DNA of 64,000 nt from an uncultured Clostridia bacterium. Lineage in GTDB: Bacteria > Bacillota > Clostridia > Christensenellales > UBA1242. Made by a program: the position numbers and the translations under genes. The notes under the pieces are model-generated. The model did no database searches and had not been told where the DNA came from. It saw only the letters and a program-made list of their open reading frames with translations. The stretch spans positions 2,860 through 66,859 of the forward strand of contig CALWPK010000005.1 of assembly GCA_944383415.1 (NCBI GenBank), written 5' to 3'. This document shows positions 9,769 through 19,570 of the stretch, piece after piece. Each line of letters begins with the position of its first letter. Position 1 is the first letter of the stretch.

Positions 9769-11304
9769 ATGGAAGAAGTCAAAGAAGATAATGACGTTAT
9801 TAAAATATCAGATAAAAATGAAATTTCTTTCAACAAAAGTATCGCTTTGAGTAAAGTCTTTTTGATATGTTTGTTAATTTCATTTTTATTTTTAATGGTG
9901 TGTAGTGCAAACTCCTTTTTGTATGCGTTTAATGACAATCAGGATACAAATTGGTATATTACAATGGGCAATGGTATGCTTGCAGGCAAAGTGCCATACA
10001 AAGATTTGTTTGAACAAAAAGGTCCTATAGTTTATTATGTGTTTTCCATCATCTGTTCATTTGGCAATCCGTATATAAACGTCTTTATTCTCGAAGTCAT
10101 TTGCGTGTCTCTATTTTTGTTCTTTTCTTATAAGATTATGATTAAATTCACCTCCCAATTTAGATCAATCATTGGTATTGTCATACTTTGTTTGATCTAT
10201 ACGACTAGTTCCTTTTTCGTCGTTGGAGGTGGGGCTGTAGAAGAGTTTTGTGCACCTATCTTCGCTTGGTTTTTGCTTGTATTCTTCGAATATATTTTCG
10301 ATAAAAAGGACATTTCATTCAAAAGAGCATTCATAATCGGGATTTTGTTGGCTGTATTGTTTTTGACCAAATTTACGCTCGTCATTATGCCTGCTATCAT
10401 ACTTTTGATTTGGTTTATTGTGAAATTGAGGCAAAGAGATGTCAAGCGTACATTTTTGTCTGTTGTGTTTATGTTAATAAGTTTCATTTCTATATTTTTA
10501 TTGTCGTTGATATATTATTTTATCAAAGGAGCCATCTCAGATCTATTCAAAGTCTATTTCTATGACAATTTATTTTTATATAAGACAGATTTGAACATTA
10601 CATACAATCTTAATTTAATATTTGTAGAATGTTTTGTCGGAATTGCCTTCGTGATCTTCGGATTTGTCATTTATATTTACAAATATAATAGAAAAGCCAT
10701 AAATTTTGCGATCCTAGTCTTATCATACTTTATAATATTATTATTTTCTGGCAATTTTTCGTATTATTTTCAGCCGTTGCTTGTATTTTCAAGTGTGGGC
10801 GTAGCATATTTGATTGAATACATTTCAAAAATCAAATTTAATTTTATCTTTAGGAAATTGTCATTGATTTTGACAATTGAGATTTGTTTTGCACTTTGCT
10901 TTCCTTTTGGAAATGTTACAAATGAACTCACGTGGCAAAAAGATGATTATATTCATTTTCAAATTGCAGAGGATATTGCCGATTATGGAATAGAAAATCC
11001 TAGTTTGTTTTGCTACAAAATGTGGGATTATGGATTTTATAATGTGACAGGGATAATCCCTAGTGAAAAATATTTTGCCAATAATCTATTTGATGAAGAT
11101 AATTTTCCAGAAATGTACACCGCTTTTTATGAGGCAATCGAGCAAAAACGTAATGATTTTGTGCTAGTTAGAGTAGAAAATTACGAAGAAGACAAAGAAT
11201 TTTTAGATCAATTCTATCAAATTTATAAAGAATATTCCTATAGGTATTATAAAGATACATCAAATTCTTATAATTTTACTGTATATCTAATGATCCCTAT
11301 TTAA
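9769..11304 (+). CDS. Multi-pass membrane glycosyltransferase, GT-C fold (PMT/ArnT-like)
   Basis: About 11 hydrophobic segments, a first-loop D...G..PY.DLFEQKGP motif, a later TK motif and a soluble C-terminal domain. Confidence 0.7.
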   Translation: MEEVKEDNDVIKISDKNEISFNKSIALSKVFLICLLISFLFLMVCSANSFLYAFNDNQDTNWYITMGNGMLAGKVPYKDLFEQKGPIVYYVFSIICSFGNPYINVFILEVICVSLFLFFSYKIMIKFTSQFRSIIGIVILCLIYTTSSFFVVGGGAVEEFCAPIFAWFLLVFFEYIFDKKDISFKRAFIIGILLAVLFLTKFTLVIMPAIILLIWFIVKLRQRDVKRTFLSVVFMLISFISIFLLSLIYYFIKGAISDLFKVYFYDNLFLYKTDLNITYNLNLIFVECFVGIAFVIFGFVIYIYKYNRKAINFAILVLSYFIILLFSGNFSYYFQPLLVFSSVGVAYLIEYISKIKFNFIFRKLSLILTIEICFALCFPFGNVTNELTWQKDDYIHFQIAEDIADYGIENPSLFCYKMWDYGFYNVTGIIPSEKYFANNLFDEDNFPEMYTAFYEAIEQKRNDFVLVRVENYEEDKEFLDQFYQIYKEYSYRYYKDTSNSYNFTVYLMIPI

Positions 11305-11469
11305 TAAGATAATCCAAATAAATTTTTCTGAAGAGGTCAAATTAAAATCAATATTTTTAAATATATATTTTACTTTAATTTACATAAAAAAATATGCAAA
11401 TTTTTAAAACAATTCATTTTACATATCTATTTATTTATGTTATAATTAATAGAAACAGAGAGGTTGGTT

Positions 11470-11739
11470 ATGAAAGAATTAGTTTATCCGGCAGTATTGT
11501 ACAAAGATGATGAAAAGGGTTCCAACACAGGTTGGTATACTATTCATATCAAAGAATTGGATATTGTCAAAGAAGGAGAAACTGTTGTCGATGCCTATAT
11601 CAAGGCGAAACAAGATCTGTGTGCAATGGTAGATTGCGCAATCAAATTCAATTGTGATCTGGAGGCTCCTAGGGATTTTGAACAGGTTTACAAGGAGAAC
11701 AAGAAAAATATTGTCTTATTAGTTGATGCACTTGCATAA
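11470..11739 (+). CDS. HicB-like antitoxin-domain protein
   Basis: YPAVL...Y.I.I.EL.I..EGET..DA...A...L matches the HicB N-terminal fold; GAGAGG RBS before ATG 11470. Confidence 0.7.
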   Translation: MKELVYPAVLYKDDEKGSNTGWYTIHIKELDIVKEGETVVDAYIKAKQDLCAMVDCAIKFNCDLEAPRDFEQVYKENKKNIVLLVDALA

Positions 11740-11749
11740 GGTGGGATGT

Positions 11750-12277
11750 ATGACAAAAGTTAATAAATTGAACTGGGCACAGTTAGATTTTTTGATAAAC
11801 AACTTTTATGAAATTGTGGAGTACAAGCGTGGTCGCGGCGTATATGGAGATAGAGTAGTTTTGAAACGCCCCAGACGTGCAGAAGCAATTTTCAATGAGG
11901 CAGATAGATTGTATTCATTCTACTATATGGACGCCAATGCAGTGAAAGAATTGCCTCGCACAATTCAAGAAAAAGTAAAGATTATAGCTAGATTTGTTTG
12001 TAGTCCAGAGGATATGAATATATTGTGCGATTTTGACAAATTTAATGGAGTTGAACCGAGCGAATGGGCGCTTGAAACGAAGAGACTCTTGATAGATTCG
12101 AATAATTTGAATTTTGAGGAATTAAACAAAACATTATTAGATAGATATAAGTTGCTAAATAGTGACTTCATCAGCAAATTGAATAAACACAGAGAGAAGC
12201 AATATTTCCTTGCAAGCAGTGGCGAATTTAATTTTATTACAAAAGAATATTCAAATCAACAAATTAGTAGATTATAG
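11750..12277 (+). CDS. Hypothetical protein, co-transcribed with the HicB-like gene
   Basis: AAGGTGG RBS before ATG 11750, 10 nt after the upstream stop; terminator follows. Confidence 0.7.
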   Translation: MTKVNKLNWAQLDFLINNFYEIVEYKRGRGVYGDRVVLKRPRRAEAIFNEADRLYSFYYMDANAVKELPRTIQEKVKIIARFVCSPEDMNILCDFDKFNGVEPSEWALETKRLLIDSNNLNFEELNKTLLDRYKLLNSDFISKLNKHREKQYFLASSGEFNFITKEYSNQQISRL

Positions 12278-12280
12278 ATT

Positions 12281-12301
12281 AAAACGCATTATGCGTTTTT
12301 T
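12281..12301 (+). terminator. Intrinsic terminator, possibly bidirectional
   Basis: aaaacgca-tta-tgcgtttt followed by T. Confidence 0.6.
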
Positions 12302-12563
12302 ATCGTTTCTTAGTTCAAAAATCCAATTGACATTTTTTTCAATTGTTTTTAAATTTTTGACTTGAAAATTTTTATATTTCAAAGCAAAATTTGAGTCATT
12401 GATAATGTGAAAATTTAATTAATTTTAAAAAATAAAAGGTTTTAAATTTTTAATTTTGCATTATATCTTATTATTCGACACAACTAGTCTTTTTTCTTGA
12501 AATAAAAAATGTTTAAAATCTTAAACTAATTATGTAAATCTTATTAAATATTACTTATTTTGT

Positions 12564-12592
12564 TTGACAAATTTCTCTATATTTATTAGAAT
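12564..12592 (+). promoter_or_regulatory. Sigma-A promoter
   Basis: TTGACA-17-TAGAAT. Confidence 0.65.
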
Positions 12593-12620
12593 AAATTAGA
12601 CGAAAATTAAGGAGACTGTA

Positions 12621-15600
12621 ATGAAACAATTAAAAAAATACTTTAAACTTACATTTTGTTTTTTAGCGTTTGCAGTAATGAGTATTGTTTTTGCTTTCAG
12701 CCCAGTTTTGACGACTTATGCGGTTGATTTGTCTTATACAATTGAAACTTATAATGCAGCGATTAATTCGATTAAAATGCCTAAGACTGTTGTTGATGTG
12801 TCAAAAGGTGAGACATTGCAAATTCCACTTTTGAGTACAAGTTTGTCTGGAGGAAAAACTTCTGGTTTGTTCGCAGATACTGCAACTAATTATACTATCA
12901 GAGTTATTGATCCATCTGGGCAAGTATATAATTATGTTGTGGGTGGAAGTAGTAATGACACAAAATATTTTGATGAAACTAATATTGGTAGTGGTTATTT
13001 AGGGCTTAATGCTCTTAATAATGGACAATATGACATCCTTTATATTATTAAAAATGGAGAAAAAACATATTATTCAAACACTTATACAATTACAGTTAAA
13101 AATATATCTTATGAATTAGATTTTGTGGATGAAACAACTGGTTTGAAAAACCTTGTTCCTCTTTCTATGCATACTACTAATGAAGCGTTTGAAGTGCCAA
13201 TTGCAAATGTAAAAGTTGCTGATAGTGATAATGATGAAGTTGTGACGACAGTTATACCTTCAGTTACTATTAATGGGGCTCCTCAAGATTGGTCAAAAAG
13301 TGATTATATATATGAGTCAAATGGTAAGTATTATGTGATTCCAAGCGAAAGCGGTATAATCACTTTGGAATACACTTATAAGCAGGGTAGCAATCCACCA
13401 ACAGTGACTTATACAATCAATGTATCAGACGAATTTGTTGAGCCTACGAGTGATGATCTCACGATTACGACTCCGTCTATGCCAAGTGTAGAATTGGGAG
13501 ATAAAGGAGTGACTTTACCAAATCTGACAGTTAGTGACAATTACAATTCAAATATAGAGCACAACGTTACTTCTATTAAAATAACGAAAAGAAACAATGA
13601 AAATATCACGAAGACATTGACTAATAATACTTTCAAATTCAATTTCACAAAAGAAGAATTTAATGTGGACAATTATGCTGATATGGTAGGTGATTATAGA
13701 GTGACTTACAATATAGTAGATGCTTATGGCAATACCAAGTCAATCAGCGTGATCATTAGAAATGTCACAGACAATACTCGTCCTAGCGTTTATATGGCGT
13801 ATGATTATGAAATTGATGAAACTACCAAAAATCCTATTCAGGTCGAAAATGACGACGGTGAATTCGTAGATAAAGTTAATACAAATTATGCAGTTGATTT
13901 GAAGACTAGATATGGTTATACAGAATTGGAACTACCAGCAATCTATGCAACGGACAAAGTGACCGAATACAAAGATTTCATATTCGTCCGTTATATTCAA
14001 AATACTAAAGACCATACGATTTATTATGTGGATAATAAGAAAGTAGTTGATGGCAAACTGGTAGAAGTGAAAGAAACCGAACAAGGATACAACCACTCGG
14101 GTGATCCAAACATTGGCAAGGTCAACAAGGCAGTGAAATTCCAATTTTCAAAAGATAATTCAGACATCTCCGATTATGCAGGAGAATATACTATAGGCTA
14201 TTATGTGTTGGCAAATACTATCTCTAAACAAGAAAGTTATGTTTACAGAACCGGAACTACAAGATATACTATCACAGTATTGTCAAGAGCGACTGTAGCC
14301 CAGCCTAATGAAGGCGATGAAGATGAAGACATCAAGACCTCTACTCCTACTATTCAAATAAATAATGTTAAAAATAATGCTACGATTTCTAGTGATGATA
14401 CGATCAATGTGAATATCACGTCTGAAGACACTATTGATACACGTTTGAAAAATGCAGTTTTCTATTATTATTCTACAGAGTCTGAAAATGATTTGAATAC
14501 TGACATTTTGAACGCTATTCGTACAGTGACGAGCAATGATCAGTCGGATACAGCATTGAATTTGTGCAATGTGTTGGATGATAGAGATTTTATCTCAGAA
14601 ATGCAAAAATTATATGATGGTTTCGGCGTAGCGACTGTCGATGCTGATAATGAGAATAGTTTCAATGTCGAGTTGGCAGACTATACTTCAGATAATGGAA
14701 GCACATTAAATATAGTCGCCGTAGCACTTAATGACGAGGGAAATATCGCAACCGCTACTCGAGTGCTAAATATCAAGGACACAGACGAAACTAACGCTCC
14801 TGATTATTCTATTATCTACGCAGGCGATTTCAGCACGGATAGTACAAACATTTTGGAAACTCTAGAATTTGATCAGGTAGAAGATGTCACTCTTCCTACA
14901 ATTCAATTTACTGATGCGGAAGATCAATATCTCGCTTTGGATGTAAATTATTATATCGGTACACCTGATAGTGTTGGTACAGGTTTGCAATTCTTGTCTC
15001 CAAAAGGAGCACAGATGAGTAATGACACAATCACTGGTGGCACTATCACAACGAGCAAGGTAGGCACTTATTATGTCGTTTATACTGCTACAGATGATGC
15101 GGGCAATCAGACTACAGTATTCTTCACATTTGTTGTCAACGATTCTTCTGATCCTTATATATCTGTCAACGCTGATGGCTCGAATATAGATGGCACGGAT
15201 ATCAATATTAGCGGAAATACTATCACGGCAGATCTTGGTGCTACAATTTCATTCGATCCAAGTTTGTATTCCTCTAATGGAGACGACATTACTAACGACC
15301 CTCAAACAATTTTCGATCAACCTATAATAGATACTGGCAGTTTAAATTTAAGTTATAAAACTACTGGAAATTATATGGAATATCAGTTCAACAGCGAAGG
15401 TAGTTATACTATAACTTTCACAGCAAAATACACTGAAGGCGGAACTCCTGTTGAGCGTGTATATTATGTAAATATCACAATGCCAGAATTGGAGTGGGAT
15501 TTTGATATAGACGTACCTGAATATGCAAAACAAGGCGAGCAGATCATATTGCCAGATTGGACGGCTAGTCAAGGTAATTTGAAAGCAGAAGTTAGTGTTA

Positions 15601-16475
15601 CTGTAACTGATCCAGACGGTTTGGTGCCAGAGGCTGGAAATGCTGTAAAGATTCAAAATGGAGACGCCACAGTATGGGCATTCAAAACTAATGAAACCAC
15701 TCGAGGAACATATAGAGTGACCTACACGGCTAAAACAGACTATGATACAATTTCCGAAACTTATGAGATCAAAGTAGGCGATAATGTGGCTCCAACATTT
15801 ACTATGAATTATGAAAATGAGTTGTCTCAAGAAATTGTTTACGATGGAACGAATCAAATTGAATATAATATTGACCTAGATAAGAGTGATAGAACCTTAG
15901 TTATTGAAGTTATAAGCAATGGAGATAGAATTTATTCTTATAATACTGGTCTTGTAATTCGTGATAGGAATGACAGCGGAACTGAAAGTACTATGAACAA
16001 CTGGAACTCTTTGACTGTAGAACTATCAAGCGATGACGGAATAGTGTCTGACGGCGAAGAAGACGGTCAATATGTTATTACAGGAACAGGTAGATGTACT
16101 TTGACATTAACAGTAGAAGACATTTATGACAATGTCGCAACTAAGACTATTGAATTCGACGTAGTCAGCGAAACTACTCCAGAAGAAGATGATGATTCAT
16201 ATTTGGGTGTAATATTAATTGTCGTATCTCTTGTAATCCTTGCTGGCGTGATCTTGTTCTTCACCTTCACTGGTAGAAAGGGCGGAAATTCTAAAACAAA
16301 ATCTAGCAAAAAGGACTCACAAGAAAAATCTTCAAAGACAAATAAATCTTCAAAAAATTCAGCGAAAGAAAAACTTAGTGAAGACAAAAAAGAAGAAATA
16401 GTCATTGAAAATTCTGAAGAAGAGAAAGACGATGATTCATCTGATGAAGAGGCAAAATCTGGAGATGTTGAATAA
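12621..16475 (+). CDS. Large cell-surface protein with tandem Ig-like domains and a C-terminal TM anchor
   Basis: Signal peptide ending YA|V; repeated G.Y.V.Y...D..GN and D...P motifs; TM YLGVILIVVSLVILAGVILFFTF; charged cytoplasmic tail. Confidence 0.8.
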   Translation: MKQLKKYFKLTFCFLAFAVMSIVFAFSPVLTTYAVDLSYTIETYNAAINSIKMPKTVVDVSKGETLQIPLLSTSLSGGKTSGLFADTATNYTIRVIDPSGQVYNYVVGGSSNDTKYFDETNIGSGYLGLNALNNGQYDILYIIKNGEKTYYSNTYTITVKNISYELDFVDETTGLKNLVPLSMHTTNEAFEVPIANVKVADSDNDEVVTTVIPSVTINGAPQDWSKSDYIYESNGKYYVIPSESGIITLEYTYKQGSNPPTVTYTINVSDEFVEPTSDDLTITTPSMPSVELGDKGVTLPNLTVSDNYNSNIEHNVTSIKITKRNNENITKTLTNNTFKFNFTKEEFNVDNYADMVGDYRVTYNIVDAYGNTKSISVIIRNVTDNTRPSVYMAYDYEIDETTKNPIQVENDDGEFVDKVNTNYAVDLKTRYGYTELELPAIYATDKVTEYKDFIFVRYIQNTKDHTIYYVDNKKVVDGKLVEVKETEQGYNHSGDPNIGKVNKAVKFQFSKDNSDISDYAGEYTIGYYVLANTISKQESYVYRTGTTRYTITVLSRATVAQPNEGDEDEDIKTSTPTIQINNVKNNATISSDDTINVNITSEDTIDTRLKNAVFYYYSTESENDLNTDILNAIRTVTSNDQSDTALNLCNVLDDRDFISEMQKLYDGFGVATVDADNENSFNVELADYTSDNGSTLNIVAVALNDEGNIATATRVLNIKDTDETNAPDYSIIYAGDFSTDSTNILETLEFDQVEDVTLPTIQFTDAEDQYLALDVNYYIGTPDSVGTGLQFLSPKGAQMSNDTITGGTITTSKVGTYYVVYTATDDAGNQTTVFFTFVVNDSSDPYISVNADGSNIDGTDINISGNTITADLGATISFDPSLYSSNGDDITNDPQTIFDQPIIDTGSLNLSYKTTGNYMEYQFNSEGSYTITFTAKYTEGGTPVERVYYVNITMPELEWDFDIDVPEYAKQGEQIILPDWTASQGNLKAEVSVTVTDPDGLVPEAGNAVKIQNGDATVWAFKTNETTRGTYRVTYTAKTDYDTISETYEIKVGDNVAPTFTMNYENELSQEIVYDGTNQIEYNIDLDKSDRTLVIEVISNGDRIYSYNTGLVIRDRNDSGTESTMNNWNSLTVELSSDDGIVSDGEEDGQYVITGTGRCTLTLTVEDIYDNVATKTIEFDVVSETTPEEDDDSYLGVILIVVSLVILAGVILFFTFTGRKGGNSKTKSSKKDSQEKSSKTNKSSKNSAKEKLSEDKKEEIVIENSEEEKDDDSSDEEAKSGDVE

Positions 16476-16480
16476 AATTA

Positions 16481-16512
16481 AAAAATCTCTTAAGTAATTA
16501 AGAGATTTTTTT
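16481..16512. terminator. Bidirectional intrinsic terminator
   Basis: aaaaatctcttaa-gtaa-ttaagagattttt palindrome between convergent genes. Confidence 0.75.
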
Positions 16513-16810
16513 AATCAAAAACTTGAATATTTTAGGTTCGTTAGGTGTTCACTGCTAAAGATGATAAATAAATATAAGAATATTTACGAGGATAAAAATA
16601 TAAATTCAATCTTGGTATTATGATTTCATAGTGTGAATGATAATATATATAACTTTATATTTATATTTGATTTTGATAGTTTATGTCTAGGATATAGATA
16701 TTGCGATTATTTTATAAAAACGACCAGAAAATATCGAAAAAAGAAAACTACATTTTAGGCAAGTGGCGGGTGTGGTGACTGCTCGCCCTTTTTCATTGAT
16801 CCAAATTAGA

Positions 16811-18769
16811 TCATTTTCTTAGTTTTCTTTTTAGTTTCGCAATCTCTTCTCTCAATGTAATTGCCGTTTCAAAATCGAGTTGAGATGCGGCAGTGTTCAT
16901 AAGACCTTTCAATTGTTCAATCTTCTTGGATATATCCGATTTTGACATCTGCTCTTCATCACTATCCATTCTGATTTTCAATGTGTCTACGATGTCTTTT
17001 TTGATTGTCATAGGTTTGACATTGTGATCAAGATTATATTTCATTTGTTTTTCACGGCGTCTATTTGTCTCGTCAATTGCTTGACGCATACTATCAGTGA
17101 TTCTATCTGCATACATTATTACTTTACTTTCACTATTACGAGCGGCACGACCCACGATCTGAATGAGAGAGGTTGAACTTCGCAAAAATCCCTCCTTATC
17201 CGCATCAAGGATCGCCACCAAAGTTACTTCAGGCAAGTCCAATCCTTCACGAAGCAGATTGATACCTATCAAAACATCGAATTCATCCGCCCGTAATTCA
17301 TTAATTATTTTTACTCGCTCTAGAGTATCAATGTCACTATGAAGGTATTTCACGCGAATACCATTCTCTCCAAAATAAGTAGACAAATCTTCTGCCATTT
17401 TTTTTGTAAGTGTAGTAACTAGTACTTTCCCTTTTTTTGCAATATTTTTCTTTATTTCATCAGATAGATCATCCACTTGACCAAGACTAGGGCGAACTTC
17501 AATTTCAGGATCAAGTAGGTAGGTAGGACGAATCACCTGTTCCACTACCTGACCTGCAAGAGACAGTTCATATTCATTTGGTGTGGCAGAGACATAGATT
17601 GTTTGTCCTATTCGAGAGTTGAATTCGTCAAAATTGAGCGGACGATTGTCGAAAGCACTAGGCAGGCGAAAGCCATAGTCAACTAGACTCGTCTTTCTCG
17701 CTCTATCTCCATTGTACATACCTCGTACTTGAGGTAGGGTGATGTGACTTTCGTCTACAAAAAGCAAAAATCCATTAGGGAAATAATCTAACAAAGTGTA
17801 TGGTGGTTCACCAGGCTTCCTACCATCAAAATATCTAGAATAATTTTCAATGCCGGAACAATATCCCATTTCTTGCATCATTTCAATGTCATAGTTGGTG
17901 CGTTCACGAATTCGTTGAGCCTCAATGTATTTTCCTTCCCTTGTAAAATATTCTTCACGCTCTTTTGCATCTTTTTTGATCTGTTCAAGAGCACTGTTCA
18001 ATCGCTCACTTCCGACAGCATAATGGCTTGCAGGGAAGATTGATGCGTGCTTTAGTTTGTCGATCACTTTTCCTGTCACGGCTTCAAATTCGCTAATTTG
18101 TTCTATTTCATCGTCAAAAAATTCTACTCTAATAGCACGTTCACTGCTATCAGCAGGGAATATATCTACTACATCTCCGCGTGCACGGAATGTGGATCGA
18201 GTGAAGTCTATATCATTTCTGGTGTACTGAATGCTTATTAATCGAGATATCAATTGCTCTCTTGACATCTTATCCCCAGCACGCAACGAAATATGCAGGT
18301 CATAATATTCTTTCGGCGCGCCCAAGCCATATATGCATGATACAGATGCTACCACGATTGTATCCGATCTTTCGAGCAAACTGCTTGTGGCGCTATGACG
18401 CAATTTATCAATTTCATCATTGACGCTCATATCTTTTTCAATATAAGTATCACTAGAAACTATATATGCCTCCGGTTGATAATAGTCATAGTAAGAAACA
18501 AAAAACTCTACTCTATTATTCGGGAAAAACTCTCTAAACTCATTGCAAAGTTGGGCTGCAAGAGTTTTGTTGTGGGCAAGGACAAGAGTAGGGCGATTCA
18601 CTTGTGCTATCACATTAGCCATTGTGAAAGTCTTTCCGCTACCCGTAACTCCTTTTAGTACCTGAGCAGACAATCCATCATTTATTCCCTCAACTAGAGA
18701 TGCTATAGCCTCGGGTTGATCACCCGTAGGCGCATATTTAGATACCAATTCAAAATTTCTATATTCCAT
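16811..18769 (-). CDS. uvrB: Excinuclease ABC subunit B
   Basis: [19 protein letters not shown] beta-hairpin, [14 protein letters not shown] and a C-terminal UVR domain. Confidence 0.99.
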   Translation of the reverse strand: MEYRNFELVSKYAPTGDQPEAIASLVEGINDGLSAQVLKGVTGSGKTFTMANVIAQVNRPTLVLAHNKTLAAQLCNEFREFFPNNRVEFFVSYYDYYQPEAYIVSSDTYIEKDMSVNDEIDKLRHSATSSLLERSDTIVVASVSCIYGLGAPKEYYDLHISLRAGDKMSREQLISRLISIQYTRNDIDFTRSTFRARGDVVDIFPADSSERAIRVEFFDDEIEQISEFEAVTGKVIDKLKHASIFPASHYAVGSERLNSALEQIKKDAKEREEYFTREGKYIEAQRIRERTNYDIEMMQEMGYCSGIENYSRYFDGRKPGEPPYTLLDYFPNGFLLFVDESHITLPQVRGMYNGDRARKTSLVDYGFRLPSAFDNRPLNFDEFNSRIGQTIYVSATPNEYELSLAGQVVEQVIRPTYLLDPEIEVRPSLGQVDDLSDEIKKNIAKKGKVLVTTLTKKMAEDLSTYFGENGIRVKYLHSDIDTLERVKIINELRADEFDVLIGINLLREGLDLPEVTLVAILDADKEGFLRSSTSLIQIVGRAARNSESKVIMYADRITDSMRQAIDETNRRREKQMKYNLDHNVKPMTIKKDIVDTLKIRMDSDEEQMSKSDISKKIEQLKGLMNTAASQLDFETAITLREEIAKLKRKLRK

Positions 18770-18776
18770 AAATGAC

Positions 18777-19133
18777 CTAGAAGATAAATCTAATTAATAC
18801 ACCAATCAAAGCACTTATCACGGCTAAAACACACGTGCGACCCAGAAGTAATAGGAGATTACGTTTGTTATTCGTGAGTTCGCGATGAAATCCCTCGCCT
18901 TTAATCTTCAGCGAAACGCAAAAGACGGGACTTCCTTTTTTATCCGATTTGAATAGTTCAATATAATTATCATAACTTAGATTTGTCATTATTTTTTCTA
19001 ATTCGTCAGGATATATGACATATCTGTCTGCTGCAAAAGAAATTATTTCGCGCGGAGAAATAAGACAAGATTTTTTACCTTGACATTTTTGATACACATA
19101 TTCCATTACATATTTTTCTTTGAACGTCAACAT
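18777..19133 (-). CDS. Hypothetical winged-helix-like protein with a C-terminal TM helix
   Basis: Helix-turn-helix plus wing pattern (L..L....YI...V.L..KG), hydrophobic C-terminus, AAGGA RBS. Confidence 0.65.
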   Translation of the reverse strand: MLTFKEKYVMEYVYQKCQGKKSCLISPREIISFAADRYVIYPDELEKIMTNLSYDNYIELFKSDKKGSPVFCVSLKIKGEGFHRELTNNKRNLLLLLGRTCVLAVISALIGVLIRFIF

Positions 19134-19148
19134 TTTAATTTCCTTAGT

Positions 19149-19520
19149 TTATAAAGTAAATAAGAAGAAAATAATCAATGCCAGCATAGTCCCGACGAAT
19201 GAAGCAATTGCCACATATAGATATGGCAAAAAATTATTAGTTTTGACCGTATGCGACTTTGATTTTCCATCGGATTGTTCCAAATAGATATTCCCTTTAG
19301 GTGTGATAGAATAGCAATAAGTGTTGTCCTCACTGAATTTGACATTAACATATTCTTGTTTTTCAAGAAAATTTATTATATCTTTCAAACTATCATTGTC
19401 ATATTGAGATTTTTGAGCCAAAATTGCCATTATCTCATCTGTAGTGACAACTTTGTATGCACTACCCAACGCCAATTTATTCATCGCTTTTAATACTGAT
19501 ACTGATTTTTTGTCTAGCAT
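19149..19520 (-). CDS. Hypothetical winged-helix-like protein with a C-terminal TM helix
   Basis: MLDKKS..VL...L....YV...Y.ITPKG pattern and a C-terminal TM. Start moved to ATG 19520 behind an AAAGGA RBS. Confidence 0.65.
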   Translation of the reverse strand: MLDKKSVSVLKAMNKLALGSAYKVVTTDEIMAILAQKSQYDNDSLKDIINFLEKQEYVNVKFSEDNTYCYSITPKGNIYLEQSDGKSKSHTVKTNNFLPYLYVAIASFVGTMLALIIFFLFTL

Positions 19521-19530
19521 AATATCCTTT

Positions 19531-19559
19531 ATTATAACATTTATAATTATTTTTTGCAA
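19531..19559 (-). promoter_or_regulatory. Sigma-A promoter for the wHTH-wHTH-uvrB unit
   Basis: Minus strand TTGCAA-17-TATAAT with a TG extension. Confidence 0.65.
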
Positions 19560-19570
19560 TCTTTTCTAAA

